Notes: generated by a model from the sequence alone, not told the origin. Shown: positions 30,626 through 40,635, counted from the stretch's first letter. The stretch is 64,000 nucleotides of DNA from Candidatus Obscuribacterales bacterium (GCA_965228855.1 CBDDIJ010000003.1:3488001-3552000), one strand, 5' to 3'. Numbers and translations: made by a program.

Positions 30626-31501
30626 ATGAAAACACGAAGAGAATTTCTTAAGATGACTGGTATCGCTATTGGTACCATAAGCGGATTGAGACTCCCGGCT
30701 TTTGGGGACGAATTGAACAACTTTCAAGGCGAAGATGTCTTCGAACGAATTATGCAAAACGCAGTTGCTTGGAAGCGGCTTCCCATAGGCGAATTGATGG
30801 GAAAAATCGCACGCGAATTTGAGGGTACGCCGTATAAGCCTGGAACACTGGAACTAAGCTACGACAAAGAGATTTGCTCTGTAAATCTGACCGGTCTCGA
30901 TTGCGTCACATTTTTTGAGACAACTTTAGACTTTGCTCGCATGCTAAAACATGGCGGTAAAACTCCTGCGGATCTGCTGAAGGAGGTGCAATTCACTCGA
31001 TACCGGGGCGGCGTAAAAGGCGACTACAGTTCCCGACTGCACTACACCAGTGATTGGCTTTACGACAACGTAAAGAAGGGTACGGTGCGAATCTTGGGAG
31101 ACCTGCCAGGAGCGGAAGACTACAAACCGAATGTTCACTTTATGTCTGAACATCCACAAAGTTATCCACAGCTCGCTACCCATCCAGAATTGCTCGCAAA
31201 AGTCAAAAAATTCGAAACACTGATTAACAGCCGAACTCTCCGATATGTTCCAATCGACAAAATCGCCGGTGCTGAATCGAGTTTGAAAACCGGTGATATC
31301 GTCGGCGTATGCACCAGTACACCAGGATTGGACATTACGCACACAGGCATTGTCGTCTGCGACGAAAACGGAAACCCTCGCTTCATGCACGCGTCATCGC
31401 TTAAGACGAATTACAAGGTTATGATAAAACCGGGTCCGATGAGTACTGCTCTCGCTTGGGCGAAAACCAACACTGGAGCGGTTTTCGCTAGACCGCTCTA
31501 A
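30626..31501 (+). CDS. Tat-exported DUF1460 / N-acetylmuramoyl-L-alanine amidase-like (NlpC/P60-type) protein
   Basis: TRREFLK twin-arginine motif; GTPY, LDCVTF, RYRGG, SRLHY, THTG, MHAS. Confidence 0.88.
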   Translation: MKTRREFLKMTGIAIGTISGLRLPAFGDELNNFQGEDVFERIMQNAVAWKRLPIGELMGKIAREFEGTPYKPGTLELSYDKEICSVNLTGLDCVTFFETTLDFARMLKHGGKTPADLLKEVQFTRYRGGVKGDYSSRLHYTSDWLYDNVKKGTVRILGDLPGAEDYKPNVHFMSEHPQSYPQLATHPELLAKVKKFETLINSRTLRYVPIDKIAGAESSLKTGDIVGVCTSTPGLDITHTGIVVCDENGNPRFMHASSLKTNYKVMIKPGPMSTALAWAKTNTGAVFARPL

Positions 31502-31603
31502 CCTTCCATTGCATTTTTACAACTTTCGCGACAGAAAGAGCTGGTGTCTTGCTGAGATTTCCAGTTAAACCGGGTTGCGGAACGTCAAGATTGGCACTGG
31601 AAG

Positions 31604-31629
31604 GGAACTCTTACGGACTGTTCGCGTCT
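31604..31629 (+). promoter_or_regulatory. Candidate ECF sigma promoter
   Basis: GGAAC-N17-GTCT about 60 nt upstream of ATG 31692. Confidence 0.55.
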
Positions 31630-31691
31630 GGAATTTAGAGCGAAAATCCGATTCCGCCACTTACTAATTGACCAGGAACGGAGGGAGAACC

Positions 31692-32411
31692 ATGAAAATT
31701 AGAGGAGTAAAACTCTTAGGTATAAATCTCATAGCTGCAACGCTGGGAGTTTGCTTGTCTCAGCCAGTGCTCGCTAACGACATCAACACATACCTGCAGG
31801 ACTACTTTGGCGGAGTCAGAAACAGCGTCAACTTTGCCGAGGCACAGCGTATGTCGCAACTGGACGCCGACCGCGCAGAAATCGATGGAAGAATTTCAGC
31901 AGCAGTTAGTGCCGGTCGGATCAACGGCGGTCAAGCTGCTGACTTTCACGCGCAGCTTCGAAACAACCGAGCGCTTGAATTTCAATTGGCACGCGACGGT
32001 CGCTTCTCATTCTCTGATGGAAAAACAATTGCTTCGTCCCTGAGTGATACTAATGTCAGACTGCAAAACGCGATAAGTAATAATACGGTCTTCGGTCCGA
32101 GACCTGGTCTAGCAGCGGCTCCACGGGGCACTGTAAGTAATAAAGCAGTCAATGATTTACAGACAAGAATTTCATTGCGCTTGCAAGACGGACGAGCTAC
32201 CGGTCGGCTGACCCAGGCAGAGTACCAGATGCTCAGAAATCGACTGAGCTCAATCGAGTCTAGAGAGCATCAGATGACGTCACCGCGCGGTTTCTTAAGC
32301 TTTGAGGAAAACCAACGCTTGCTTGCTCGATTGAACCGACTTCAAGATGAAGTGCGAATTGAAATGAACGATTCGCAAGTAGCGGGACGAGCTCTTCACC
32401 CGTGGTACTAA
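31692..32411 (+). CDS. Exported helical-repeat protein (GxLT/GxIS repeat family)
   Basis: ATG after GAGGGAG; signal peptide VLA|N; two ~65-aa units (GRINGGQA..GRFSFSD; GRLTQAE..GFLSFEE). Confidence 0.75.
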   Translation: MKIRGVKLLGINLIAATLGVCLSQPVLANDINTYLQDYFGGVRNSVNFAEAQRMSQLDADRAEIDGRISAAVSAGRINGGQAADFHAQLRNNRALEFQLARDGRFSFSDGKTIASSLSDTNVRLQNAISNNTVFGPRPGLAAAPRGTVSNKAVNDLQTRISLRLQDGRATGRLTQAEYQMLRNRLSSIESREHQMTSPRGFLSFEENQRLLARLNRLQDEVRIEMNDSQVAGRALHPWY

Positions 32412-32480
32412 CCACCTGTGATACCAAGTCAGAGTTCTTTCCGCAGGAATACTGCGCTCAACAACAAAACATGAAATCGA

Positions 32481-32503
32481 AAGGGCGCCTCTCAGCGCCC
32501 TTT
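32481..32503. terminator. Hairpin between convergent genes
   Basis: AAGGGCGC-CTCTCA-GCGCCCTT. Confidence 0.55.
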
Positions 32504-32541
32504 CCATTCTTCGAACTCAGATTATCGATTCTACGTTTTCT

Positions 32542-33348
32542 TCAATGTTTGCTGCTATCGATCGCGATTGTCCAGTGATCAATTTCGGCAGCACTCATTT
32601 TGCCTCGCGGTTCTAAACGACCATCGGCGTATCCTCTACGCTCCACGTCGATCAGGTATTGCTCTCGAGATAAACATGTCCCCTGACATAGCGGCTCCTC
32701 TTCTTCGATCACGGTAGTTGCGTCGTTCTCAACTCTATGAAGAAGCGGTTTTAATACCCATCCGGGAATTTTATTTTGTTCGGCAGGATAAATGTATCCA
32801 AACAAAAGCAAGTGCGTCAGCAACACTTTCCAGTGCGAACCAAAGCGTCTCAACAGGCGGTCCCAGTCTAGAGAGTCTGCACAAGCCTGTATTATGTGAG
32901 CCACATCGGCACCATCGAATCGCTCGCGCTCCATGATGAATGCTTTTGACCAGATCATTTCTTCGGGAGGACTGAGCTTCACCTTCACGCCAAACACTTC
33001 GGCCTCTGGCGCGTGCTCAAACCACGCCTCATCTACGTCTGCAATTGCGTTACCGGAGCTAAAAATGATGTCTATAAACTGTTCGCCTTTGAAAATTTTT
33101 CCAAGCCAATGCGAGAAGGTCATTTCTGTTTTGTATCCTTCTCTGGCGAACAATCTCAAAACATCCTCGGCGTCCTCCTTGAGGACGAACAGATCGAGGT
33201 CTTTTGTATGCCTCTCGATCCCTGAATATTGCGCCAAGGCATAGGCGCCGCCTACTAGATATGGAATGCCCGACTCGTTCAACAAGTTCAGGACGTCGAC
33301 ATATAACTGGCGTGTACGTGGTTCTAAAAATATTTGAGTATGTGACAT
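32542..33348 (-). CDS. Nucleotidyltransferase family protein (Pol-beta fold)
   Basis: LVGGAYAL...RHTKDLDLF (GG..DxD), third acidic IDII, WSK..RERFDGADV. Confidence 0.88.
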   Translation of the reverse strand: MSHTQIFLEPRTRQLYVDVLNLLNESGIPYLVGGAYALAQYSGIERHTKDLDLFVLKEDAEDVLRLFAREGYKTEMTFSHWLGKIFKGEQFIDIIFSSGNAIADVDEAWFEHAPEAEVFGVKVKLSPPEEMIWSKAFIMERERFDGADVAHIIQACADSLDWDRLLRRFGSHWKVLLTHLLLFGYIYPAEQNKIPGWVLKPLLHRVENDATTVIEEEEPLCQGTCLSREQYLIDVERRGYADGRLEPRGKMSAAEIDHWTIAIDSSKH

Positions 33349-33397
33349 GCCTTCTCTCTAGCATGCAAAAATAGCACTAATGCGGCTTGCAATAAGC

Positions 33398-33425
33398 TTT
33401 GACAGCAAGTAGATGTGCTATTTCC
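33398..33425 (-). promoter_or_regulatory. Candidate ECF sigma promoter
   Basis: Minus strand GGAAA-N17-GTCAAA, 50 nt upstream of the nucleotidyltransferase. Confidence 0.4.
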
Positions 33426-33527
33426 GTGTGAAATAATAGTAGAAAGGTGCCCAGAGGCTCAAACGAGAAAGCGGTGTGAACGATTCGCAGAAACACGCTT
33501 GGAGCTCCGGTATACAAGGATAGAGAA

Positions 33528-34529
33528 ATGCCGAAAGACATCATGAGAATTGCTGCGGTTGGAGACCTCCATTGCACCAAAAGTGCTCAGGGGGCTTACC
33601 AACCACTTCTTGCGAACATTGGAGATCATGCAGATGTGCTCTGTCTGTGCGGTGATTTAACCGACTACGGAACACCTGAGGAAGCACAGATTCTTGTTAA
33701 GGAACTTCTGCCTGCGGTAAAAATACCGATAGTTGCGGTCCTGGGAAATCATGATTTCGAAACAGGGCAGCAGGACGAGGTAATTAAGATTCTTCGAGGT
33801 GCAGGCATTCACGTACTTGACGGAGAGTCAATAGAAATAGAAGGGGTGGGCTTCGCTGGCACAAAGGGATACATAGGTGGCTTCGGGCGGCATACCCTCG
33901 GCGCCTGGGGAGAAAACGGTATCAAGAATATCGTCAGAGAGGCTCAGGATGAGGTATTGAAACTGGAGTCGGCCCTCGCTCGTTTGCGAACCGATCACCG
34001 AGTCGTTCTACTTCACTATGCTCCCATTGCTGCCACCGTCGTTGGTGAACCGGAATCGATTTTTCCTTTTCTTGGAACCAGTCGTCTGGAGGAGCCGCTG
34101 CTTAGGCACCCTCTTACGGTCGTGTTCCATGGACATGCTCACAGAGGCACCATGGAGGGTAAAACGATTTCAAACATTCCAGTGTACAACGTAGCAATGC
34201 CGCTCCTTCGAAGGGAGAGGCCAGAGATGCCTCCATATCGAATTGTAGAACTGGCAATGTCGGCTTCGGCGCTAAACCAAGCCAATGAGCCGATTGCCGG
34301 AGCGCCTAATACGGCTCCCAATCACAATGGGCAACTGTCTGGCTTTCAGCCCACCGGAGCCTCGTCTACCGGCATTCAACCAACAGCGTCAGCTGCGGAC
34401 AACACAACAGCACCTGCGCCAGCCAGCACCAACGCAGACTCAAATGGAAGTAACGGGAACAGTTCTGGCACTGCGAACAGTGGCGCGCAACGGCTGGAGC
34501 CCAGATCCGCAATTACACCATCCAACTGA
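33528..34529 (+). CDS. Calcineurin-like metallophosphoesterase with disordered C-terminal tail
   Basis: GDLH, GDLTD, GNHD, HYAP, HGHAH; S/T/N/A-rich tail. Confidence 0.92.
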   Translation: MPKDIMRIAAVGDLHCTKSAQGAYQPLLANIGDHADVLCLCGDLTDYGTPEEAQILVKELLPAVKIPIVAVLGNHDFETGQQDEVIKILRGAGIHVLDGESIEIEGVGFAGTKGYIGGFGRHTLGAWGENGIKNIVREAQDEVLKLESALARLRTDHRVVLLHYAPIAATVVGEPESIFPFLGTSRLEEPLLRHPLTVVFHGHAHRGTMEGKTISNIPVYNVAMPLLRRERPEMPPYRIVELAMSASALNQANEPIAGAPNTAPNHNGQLSGFQPTGASSTGIQPTASAADNTTAPAPASTNADSNGSNGNSSGTANSGAQRLEPRSAITPSN

Positions 34530-34600
34530 TACTAAATGCGACACTAATACCGCATATAGTACTGGATGCAAGACCGCATACGGTACCAAACTGAGGCAGA

Positions 34601-35764
34601 CTAGCGTTTGCCCGAGCGCGTTCTCAGCCACCCCTTATAATTCAAGAATATCAAAACAGCAATCGTAACGATTACCATCATGAAAATTGCGGTTGGATAC
34701 CCGTAATACCATTCGAGTTCAGGCATGTTTAACGGAGATTTCGACGTATTGAAGTTCATTCCGTAAATCCCGGCAATTAGGGTCGGCGGAATGAATAGAG
34801 TTGTGATTAATGTCAAAGACTTCATCACTTCGTTCAACCTGTTACTCGCGCGCGTATAGTGGACCTCCATCAGGGCCGAGCAAACCTCGCGATACATCTC
34901 CAGCAAATCGATGATACGAACGGAGTGATCGTGACAGTCTCGAAGATATAACCGGGTGGTATCACTGACGACTGGAATTCTATCTCTAATCAGTGAATTG
35001 AGAGCCTCTCGAGCCGGCCATATGGCCTTGCGAATCGAAAGAACATCTCTTCTAATTTGGTACATCTCCGATGGTGTATCCTCCTCGAATTTTTCCAATA
35101 CATTATCTTCGATTTCATCGATGCGTTCAGCAATTCGGGTCAGCAACGGGAAGTAAGAATCAACAACGGCGTCGATAATTGCGTACATCAAGTAGTCAGC
35201 CTTTTCCTGGCGCACGCGCCCGCGACCTCTCCGAATTTTTTCACGAACAGAATCAAGACAATCCTTTGGCACTTCTCTAAACGTCAATACAAAGTTTTTC
35301 CCGAGAAACAAACTTAGCTGTTCTGTCTCGACTTCATCCTTATCAATCAACATCCGAGTTACGACAAACAAATGCTCCTCGTATTCTTCGACTTTGGTGC
35401 GTTGGTGAACGTTAACGATGTCTTCTACGACCAATTCGTGCAAATTAAAGATCTTTGCGAATTTTTCGATGATCAGCCGTGCTTCCGGTCCCTCAACTAC
35501 AGGGTCAACATTAACCCAGGTGACCGTCCAATTGGCGAATAGGACAATCAGTTCACTCATGTCGGACACTTGCTTTTCCACGTAACCGTCCGGACCGTAG
35601 GCGATGACGCTGATGATCGGCATAGCTGTGAGCGTTTGATGCGAACCACTGACAACATCAAACCGACCCGGCATATTGAACTCAGCCGTGATTCTTTCTT
35701 GTTTTCTCTTGGCGGGACGCGCGTCACTCGTCATGTTCTGGGCTTCCTCCGACTCTCTTTGCAT
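34601..35764 (-). CDS. corA: Magnesium/cobalt transporter CorA
   Basis: TWVNV, HQRTKVEEY, YGMNF signature, MPELEW, two C-terminal TM helices. Confidence 0.95.
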   Translation of the reverse strand: MQRESEEAQNMTSDARPAKRKQERITAEFNMPGRFDVVSGSHQTLTAMPIISVIAYGPDGYVEKQVSDMSELIVLFANWTVTWVNVDPVVEGPEARLIIEKFAKIFNLHELVVEDIVNVHQRTKVEEYEEHLFVVTRMLIDKDEVETEQLSLFLGKNFVLTFREVPKDCLDSVREKIRRGRGRVRQEKADYLMYAIIDAVVDSYFPLLTRIAERIDEIEDNVLEKFEEDTPSEMYQIRRDVLSIRKAIWPAREALNSLIRDRIPVVSDTTRLYLRDCHDHSVRIIDLLEMYREVCSALMEVHYTRASNRLNEVMKSLTLITTLFIPPTLIAGIYGMNFNTSKSPLNMPELEWYYGYPTAIFMMVIVTIAVLIFLNYKGWLRTRSGKR

Positions 35765-35889
35765 CTTGAAAGATCAGCATTCATTGTAGGGGATGATGAG
35801 AGAACGGACTTGATTATTTTGCGCTTGTCAGGAGCAATAGTAAGCGCGAACCGATCAACTTTGAAATTCATTTAGCATCAACGTGAAAT

Positions 35890-35930
35890 GGCACCGTACT
35901 CGACGACAAAGTGCCATCGAATACGGTGCC
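35890..35930 (-). terminator. Hairpin downstream of 35954-36640
   Basis: GGCACCGTA-TCGA ... TCGA-TACGGTGCC imperfect inverted repeat. Confidence 0.45.
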
Positions 35931-35953
35931 GAAATTAAAAACTGGTTGAAGTT

Positions 35954-36640
35954 TTACCTGGTTTGTTCAGTCGTCGTGGTCGTCGTTTGCGTTGTCCGAG
36001 TTACACCATCGAGCGACTTAATTGTACGTTGATAGATCGAAATGCGCTTCTTCTCCGGACTTTCGCCTACGATAAGCATCGGTTGGTATACAACCGCCGT
36101 CGAGGTTGCCGCATTCAAATCGCCTTTCACACGATCGGCAATGCGATCGAGATCGGCAGCCAGCGCTAATGACTCATCAAAGGTCAGAGCATTATCTGAA
36201 GCAATTTTTGCATCCAGATCGACTCTGGCATTATTGATGTCCGCACAAAGCGCATCACATTTGTCAGACGAGATGTGTCCTAACGCCTTCTCCTGTGCCA
36301 GAAGATTTTGAAGGTCGTAAATTCTGTTGTACAAAGAAGCCGACATAATGGCATCGCTCTTTTGTTTGATTACAACAATCTTGTCGCCAGTAACCTGATG
36401 AACAGGCTGACCGTTTGCATCAATGACAACACCGACCACGTTCCCGGATGAGTCGAGTACATTGCCCGCTGCGTCAACGGTCGCACCAGTAGTTGTCGAA
36501 ACGAATTTGATAACGTCGCCAGTCAAAGTCACAGGAACTTCGATGGTGTCGGCATTTGCCGTGGAGCTGACTCCGAATGATACAGCCAGTGCGAGCATCA
36601 GCGCTCCAAACTCTCTGTTACGAAGTACGTGAGTATACAT
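35954..36640 (-). CDS. Exported protein with one GxIS/LT helical unit
   Basis: ATG 36640 after AAAGGAGAG; ANA|D signal; GHISSDK...ALTFDES unit; Thr-rich end. Confidence 0.75.
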   Translation of the reverse strand: MYTHVLRNREFGALMLALAVSFGVSSTANADTIEVPVTLTGDVIKFVSTTTGATVDAAGNVLDSSGNVVGVVIDANGQPVHQVTGDKIVVIKQKSDAIMSASLYNRIYDLQNLLAQEKALGHISSDKCDALCADINNARVDLDAKIASDNALTFDESLALAADLDRIADRVKGDLNAATSTAVVYQPMLIVGESPEKKRISIYQRTIKSLDGVTRTTQTTTTTTEQTR

Positions 36641-37001
36641 AGCCTCTCCTTTTCTTTCTTGTAACTTTTGCGATGTGCAATTTCCATCGCGGCATCGACT
36701 TGGGAGCAGCAAAACTAGCGCTAATTCGCTACGGAGCCGCTTTGAAGGCACCTCTCGACTAGCGCTCAAACACCAGGTTGCTTGCTGCTATCTAATGTAG
36801 GCCCTCGCATAGCGCACGGAAGGAAGTGAGGTGCCGAAATCCATCCTGGCGGTTTAACAATTGACAAACAGCTCTCCACATCGCGGTTGGGAAGCGAATT
36901 ATCAAAGATTGTTTCTAAACGGTTGTGAAGCGGTCCGTTCGCTACTTAATTTCCTCGCCGTGTATTATCCTTCTCAATCAATTCTAGATAAGGAGTGTGA
37001 G

Positions 37002-37439
37002 ATGAAACGCAAAGCATCAGCCGAATGGCAAAATGGTCTCAAAGACGGCAAAGGAACAATCACCACAGATAGCGGTGTTCTCGATAAAACGCAATATAGT
37101 TTCAGCACACGCTTCGAAGAAGGCAAAGGCACCAATCCCGAAGAATTGATCGCTGCTGCTCACTCCGGATGTTTTTCAATGGCTCTTTCCGGTCAACTCG
37201 GCGCTGCTGGTTTGACACCCGAGCGCATCAATACAACCGCAACAGTCACTCTCGAAAAACAAGAAAGCGGCTTCGCGGTCACCGAAATTCACCTTGATGT
37301 GAAAGCAATCGTACCGAATGCTACTCAAGAGCAGTTCGATACAGCAGCGAATAACGCAAAAACAGGTTGCCCCATCTCGAAACTCTTCAACGCGAAGATC
37401 ACGATGGAAGCCAGACTCGAAGCGACTGCCAAAGCGTAG
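37002..37439 (+). CDS. osmC: OsmC peroxiredoxin
   Basis: ATG after [39 protein letters not shown]. Confidence 0.96.
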   Translation: MKRKASAEWQNGLKDGKGTITTDSGVLDKTQYSFSTRFEEGKGTNPEELIAAAHSGCFSMALSGQLGAAGLTPERINTTATVTLEKQESGFAVTEIHLDVKAIVPNATQEQFDTAANNAKTGCPISKLFNAKITMEARLEATAKA

Positions 37440-37457
37440 TAAGTCGTCCAATAATTG

Positions 37458-37493
37458 AAAGGAGCATCTCTCGCGGAAGAGATGCTCCTTTTT
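37458..37493. terminator. Intrinsic terminator
   Basis: AAAGGAGCATCTCT-loop-AGAGATGCTCCTTTTT. Confidence 0.85.
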
Positions 37494-37539
37494 ATTTGTG
37501 AATCATATTACCGATTCAACAACTTTTAAGCGGCGCGGC

Positions 37540-37944
37540 TTAAAGTGGTGCCGGCACCGGTTGCGGTCTATGGTCGTCACGCCCCGGGAGGCGATCGGTA
37601 TTCGGGATTCCGATTCTGGAGTCGATCGTAGACGCAGCACTTGCACTACCAGCGGTACCGTTTGGTATGCCCGCTATGTTGTCCAGAGCTTCAGACCGTC
37701 CATCTCGGATGCTAGCTCCAGGCATGGTTGATGCGTTTGGAAGAACCATAGGCGCATCTGCTCCTACTCCATCCCTCGGAAACTGAGTCGTCAAATTGAC
37801 GACGATGAAAGCGAGGGCCAGCACCATGAGGACGATTAGTCCGGTCAACCAGTACGAGACGAATGACGGCTTCACTTCGTCAGCCGGCGGATAGGCCGAA
37901 GCCCGCTCCATCGCGGCAGTCATATGTGTGTGCTTAACAGCCAT
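37540..37944 (-). CDS. Small single-pass membrane protein
   Basis: AAGGAGG RBS; one TM helix (WLTGLIVLMVLALAFIVV); disordered tail. Confidence 0.7.
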   Translation of the reverse strand: MAVKHTHMTAAMERASAYPPADEVKPSFVSYWLTGLIVLMVLALAFIVVNLTTQFPRDGVGADAPMVLPNASTMPGASIRDGRSEALDNIAGIPNGTAGSASAASTIDSRIGIPNTDRLPGRDDHRPQPVPAPL

Positions 37945-38012
37945 ATATCCTCCTTGAGGCAGGCACCGTCACGCACCAGGTACGATGGCGCGGACCAAAC
38001 GCTCGCCCTTAA

Positions 38013-38402
38013 TTACTTTTCGAACTTTGCAGCAGCGTTCGAGCAACCAGTTTTCATTTCTTCCCATGCTTTGGACAGTTCCTCAAAAGCATGGTCCATA
38101 CCCGTTTTAAATTCGCCGAATGCATCAGCGCTAGTCTCTTTTAATTCTTTGAACTTGCAAGAGGCCACGCGTTGTTTATCCTTCAAATCCTGGTACTTAA
38201 CAGCTGCCTGTTCTTTCATCGAGTCCAATTTTTCGTTAAGTTCGTCGATTCTCGCTCCGAACTCAGCCATGCGCTCTTCCATACTTTTCTCATAGGAAGA
38301 ACGATCCAGATCAGTTGTCGACGGTGGATTTGCGGCTCCAGCTTCTTCGAGAGCTCCACCGGTGGTGCTTCCAAAGTCAGATGAAGATGGTTGGTTTGAC
38401 AT
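38013..38402 (-). CDS. Coiled-coil stress protein (sll1863-like)
   Basis: ATG 38402 after AAGGGAG; YEKSMEERMAEFGARIDEL...ELKETSADAFGEFKTGMDHAFEEL. Confidence 0.7.
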   Translation of the reverse strand: MSNQPSSSDFGSTTGGALEEAGAANPPSTTDLDRSSYEKSMEERMAEFGARIDELNEKLDSMKEQAAVKYQDLKDKQRVASCKFKELKETSADAFGEFKTGMDHAFEELSKAWEEMKTGCSNAAAKFEK

Positions 38403-38524
38403 GATCTTTTCTCCCTTAAAACTGTTCGTTACCAACCTAATAGCGCAGATCCCCTCCAGCGTGGAAACTCGACGCCTAAACCCGTTTTGACCATAAAAGA
38501 TGTACGGTTTCCATTCTCCAAGGC

Positions 38525-38550
38525 GGAACAAACAATCGGCACCCATGTCT
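38525..38550 (+). promoter_or_regulatory. Candidate ECF sigma promoter
   Basis: GGAAC-N17-GTCT 45 nt upstream of the Gfo gene. Confidence 0.55.
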
Positions 38551-38595
38551 CAGAAGCAACTGTAACCCGAATGTAGATTATGCAAGTTTAGAGGA

Positions 38596-39750
38596 ATGAA
38601 TATGGCTAATACAGAGAAAAGAGCAAGCGGGGGACATGACGGTGTACGCATCCGCTACGCAGTCGTAGGTTTGGGTCACATTGCTCAAGTGGCTGTACTA
38701 CCAGCATTTGAGCACGCGAAGCAGACCTCTGAGCTTACGGCGTTGGTATCTGATGACCCGCAAAAGCTCAAAGAACTCGGTGACCGGTACGCGGTAGACA
38801 AAAGATACTCTTATGACGAATACGAAAAAATGTTGCAGAACGGAGAAGTAGACGCGGTTTACATCGCATTGCCCAACGACATGCATAAGGAATACACAGT
38901 GAGAGCAGCTCAGTCTGGTGTGCATGTTCTCTGTGAAAAACCTATGGCAGTAACGGTCGAGGAAGGCAAGGCCATGATTGAGGCTGCGCAACTTCACAAC
39001 GTAAAGCTGATGATTGCTTATCGGCTGCACTTCGAGCAGACAAACATGACCGTTGCCAGCCTTGTACATGATGGTGCCATCGGCGAACCAAGACTGTTCA
39101 ACTCGACCTTCACCATGCAAGTTAAGGAAGGCAATATACGGACGCAGGCGGAACGAGGGGGAGGTCCCCTTTTCGACATTGGAATCTATTGCATAAACGC
39201 TGCACGTTATATCTTCGGAGCTGAGCCAATTGAGGTTCAAGCCCTGATGGCAAAAGGACCGGATCCGAGATTCGAAGAAATTGAAGAAACAGTCGGAGCG
39301 GTAATGAGATTTCCAAACCAATGTATCGCAACATTCGCATGCAGTTTCGGTACGCAGGCCGTCTCCACGTATCGCGTACTCGGCACCGAGGGCGATATCA
39401 ATGTGGAACCGGCTTACGAATACGTCGATGAGTTAAAGTACACGCTCACACGCAAAGGTAAACCAGCTGAAGAGAAGAAAACTCCGAAGTCTGACCAATT
39501 TGCGCCGGAGTTGAACCACTTCTCCGAGTGCATCATATTAAATAAGGAACCGCGACCGAGTGGACATGAGGGTCTGGCGGACATGGCGGTTATCGAAGCT
39601 CTTATGGAATCCGCTGAAAAAGGCGAGTCTGTGGCAGTGAAAAAATTGCGTGGAAAGGGTCAGGCGAGCAAGCCCGACAAGGAGCTCATTGAAAGATTGC
39701 CGGGTGTGAAAAAACCAGATCTCGTTAACGCCGAGTCTGGCTCCAAATAG
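38596..39750 (+). CDS. Gfo/Idh/MocA oxidoreductase (glucose-fructose oxidoreductase-like)
   Basis: YAVVGLGHIA, HVLCEKPMA, MIAYR, GGGPLFDIGIYC. Confidence 0.93.
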   Translation: MNMANTEKRASGGHDGVRIRYAVVGLGHIAQVAVLPAFEHAKQTSELTALVSDDPQKLKELGDRYAVDKRYSYDEYEKMLQNGEVDAVYIALPNDMHKEYTVRAAQSGVHVLCEKPMAVTVEEGKAMIEAAQLHNVKLMIAYRLHFEQTNMTVASLVHDGAIGEPRLFNSTFTMQVKEGNIRTQAERGGGPLFDIGIYCINAARYIFGAEPIEVQALMAKGPDPRFEEIEETVGAVMRFPNQCIATFACSFGTQAVSTYRVLGTEGDINVEPAYEYVDELKYTLTRKGKPAEEKKTPKSDQFAPELNHFSECIILNKEPRPSGHEGLADMAVIEALMESAEKGESVAVKKLRGKGQASKPDKELIERLPGVKKPDLVNAESGSK

Positions 39751-39765
39751 AGATTTAGTTAAGCT

Positions 39766-39796
39766 AAAGAGGGCTCAGTATTTCTGAGCCCTTTTT
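39766..39796. terminator. Intrinsic terminator
   Basis: AAAGAGGGCTCAG-loop-CTGAGCCCTTTTT. Confidence 0.8.
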
Positions 39797-39848
39797 GATG
39801 CGGTACGGAACTCATCACTCGATTCAATCAGAACAAGATTCCATCCGC

Positions 39849-40529
39849 TCAGGCACTCGGAAGTCCCCAAACATTCTCGAGCTCCAGCATTTTCTTCTTC
39901 AGCTGTTTGACAGTCTGCTTGTCCTGACACGAGCTAACTTCGGATGATAAACGCCACCATGCTCGGTGCGCAATTCGCTTGGATTTCTCAGCCTCCGTCA
40001 CGCATGTTTCAAACAGTCGGTCAAGAAATTCGCGCACAGTTTGCGCCTCTTCGCTCTGATCACCCAGTCGAGACTCACGGTAAGTTTTGAAATTTTCAAC
40101 AGTCGTCTGATTTTGACCTTCCGCCCAACACCAGCGCATCGCCAGCACAATAGATGGATGAATAGTGCTTAGATCCGCGCGCAGGTTGTCAGATTGCCTG
40201 TTTGAACGCGTCGGACAAAACTCGATGTATCCGGAATCCGGCCAGTCGGCACGCAATTCTAACGGAATCAAAGACCCTTCCTCGTAAATGTTCCAATAGC
40301 CGGGAAACGAAGAGATCAGAATATCGAAGAGTTCCGTCCTAATTCGGTCCCATTTGTCTTTGGAGAGATGTTGGCTCAATGAAGATTCGGTGCCTTCAAA
40401 AGCCAGGTCTATAGTAATAATCGAATTGCAAACTTTATTTTGAGAAGGCGATTCGAGATTACGAAGTTCACGCAGATAGCGTCCGACTTCGTCCAGAGTC
40501 ATAGAATTTCGCCGGTCAAGACTTGCCAT
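39849..40529 (-). CDS. Hypothetical protein, paralog of 29222-29902
   Basis: WDRIRTELFD, AWWRL, MLELENVWG motifs shared with 29222-29902. Confidence 0.75.
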   Translation of the reverse strand: MASLDRRNSMTLDEVGRYLRELRNLESPSQNKVCNSIITIDLAFEGTESSLSQHLSKDKWDRIRTELFDILISSFPGYWNIYEEGSLIPLELRADWPDSGYIEFCPTRSNRQSDNLRADLSTIHPSIVLAMRWCWAEGQNQTTVENFKTYRESRLGDQSEEAQTVREFLDRLFETCVTEAEKSKRIAHRAWWRLSSEVSSCQDKQTVKQLKKKMLELENVWGLPSA

Positions 40530-40635
40530 ACCTGGGTCTCCGGGTTCTCAAGTAGAGATATACCCGGACAGGGAGAAACCTACTACAACGCCCGCCAGAT
40601 TTAAGGTTCAGCGTTTTCCGCGGCAAGAAACCGGC

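Noticed and set aside
38698..39321. 207-aa antisense ORF
   Set aside because: Lies opposite the well-supported Gfo gene and has no recognisable features
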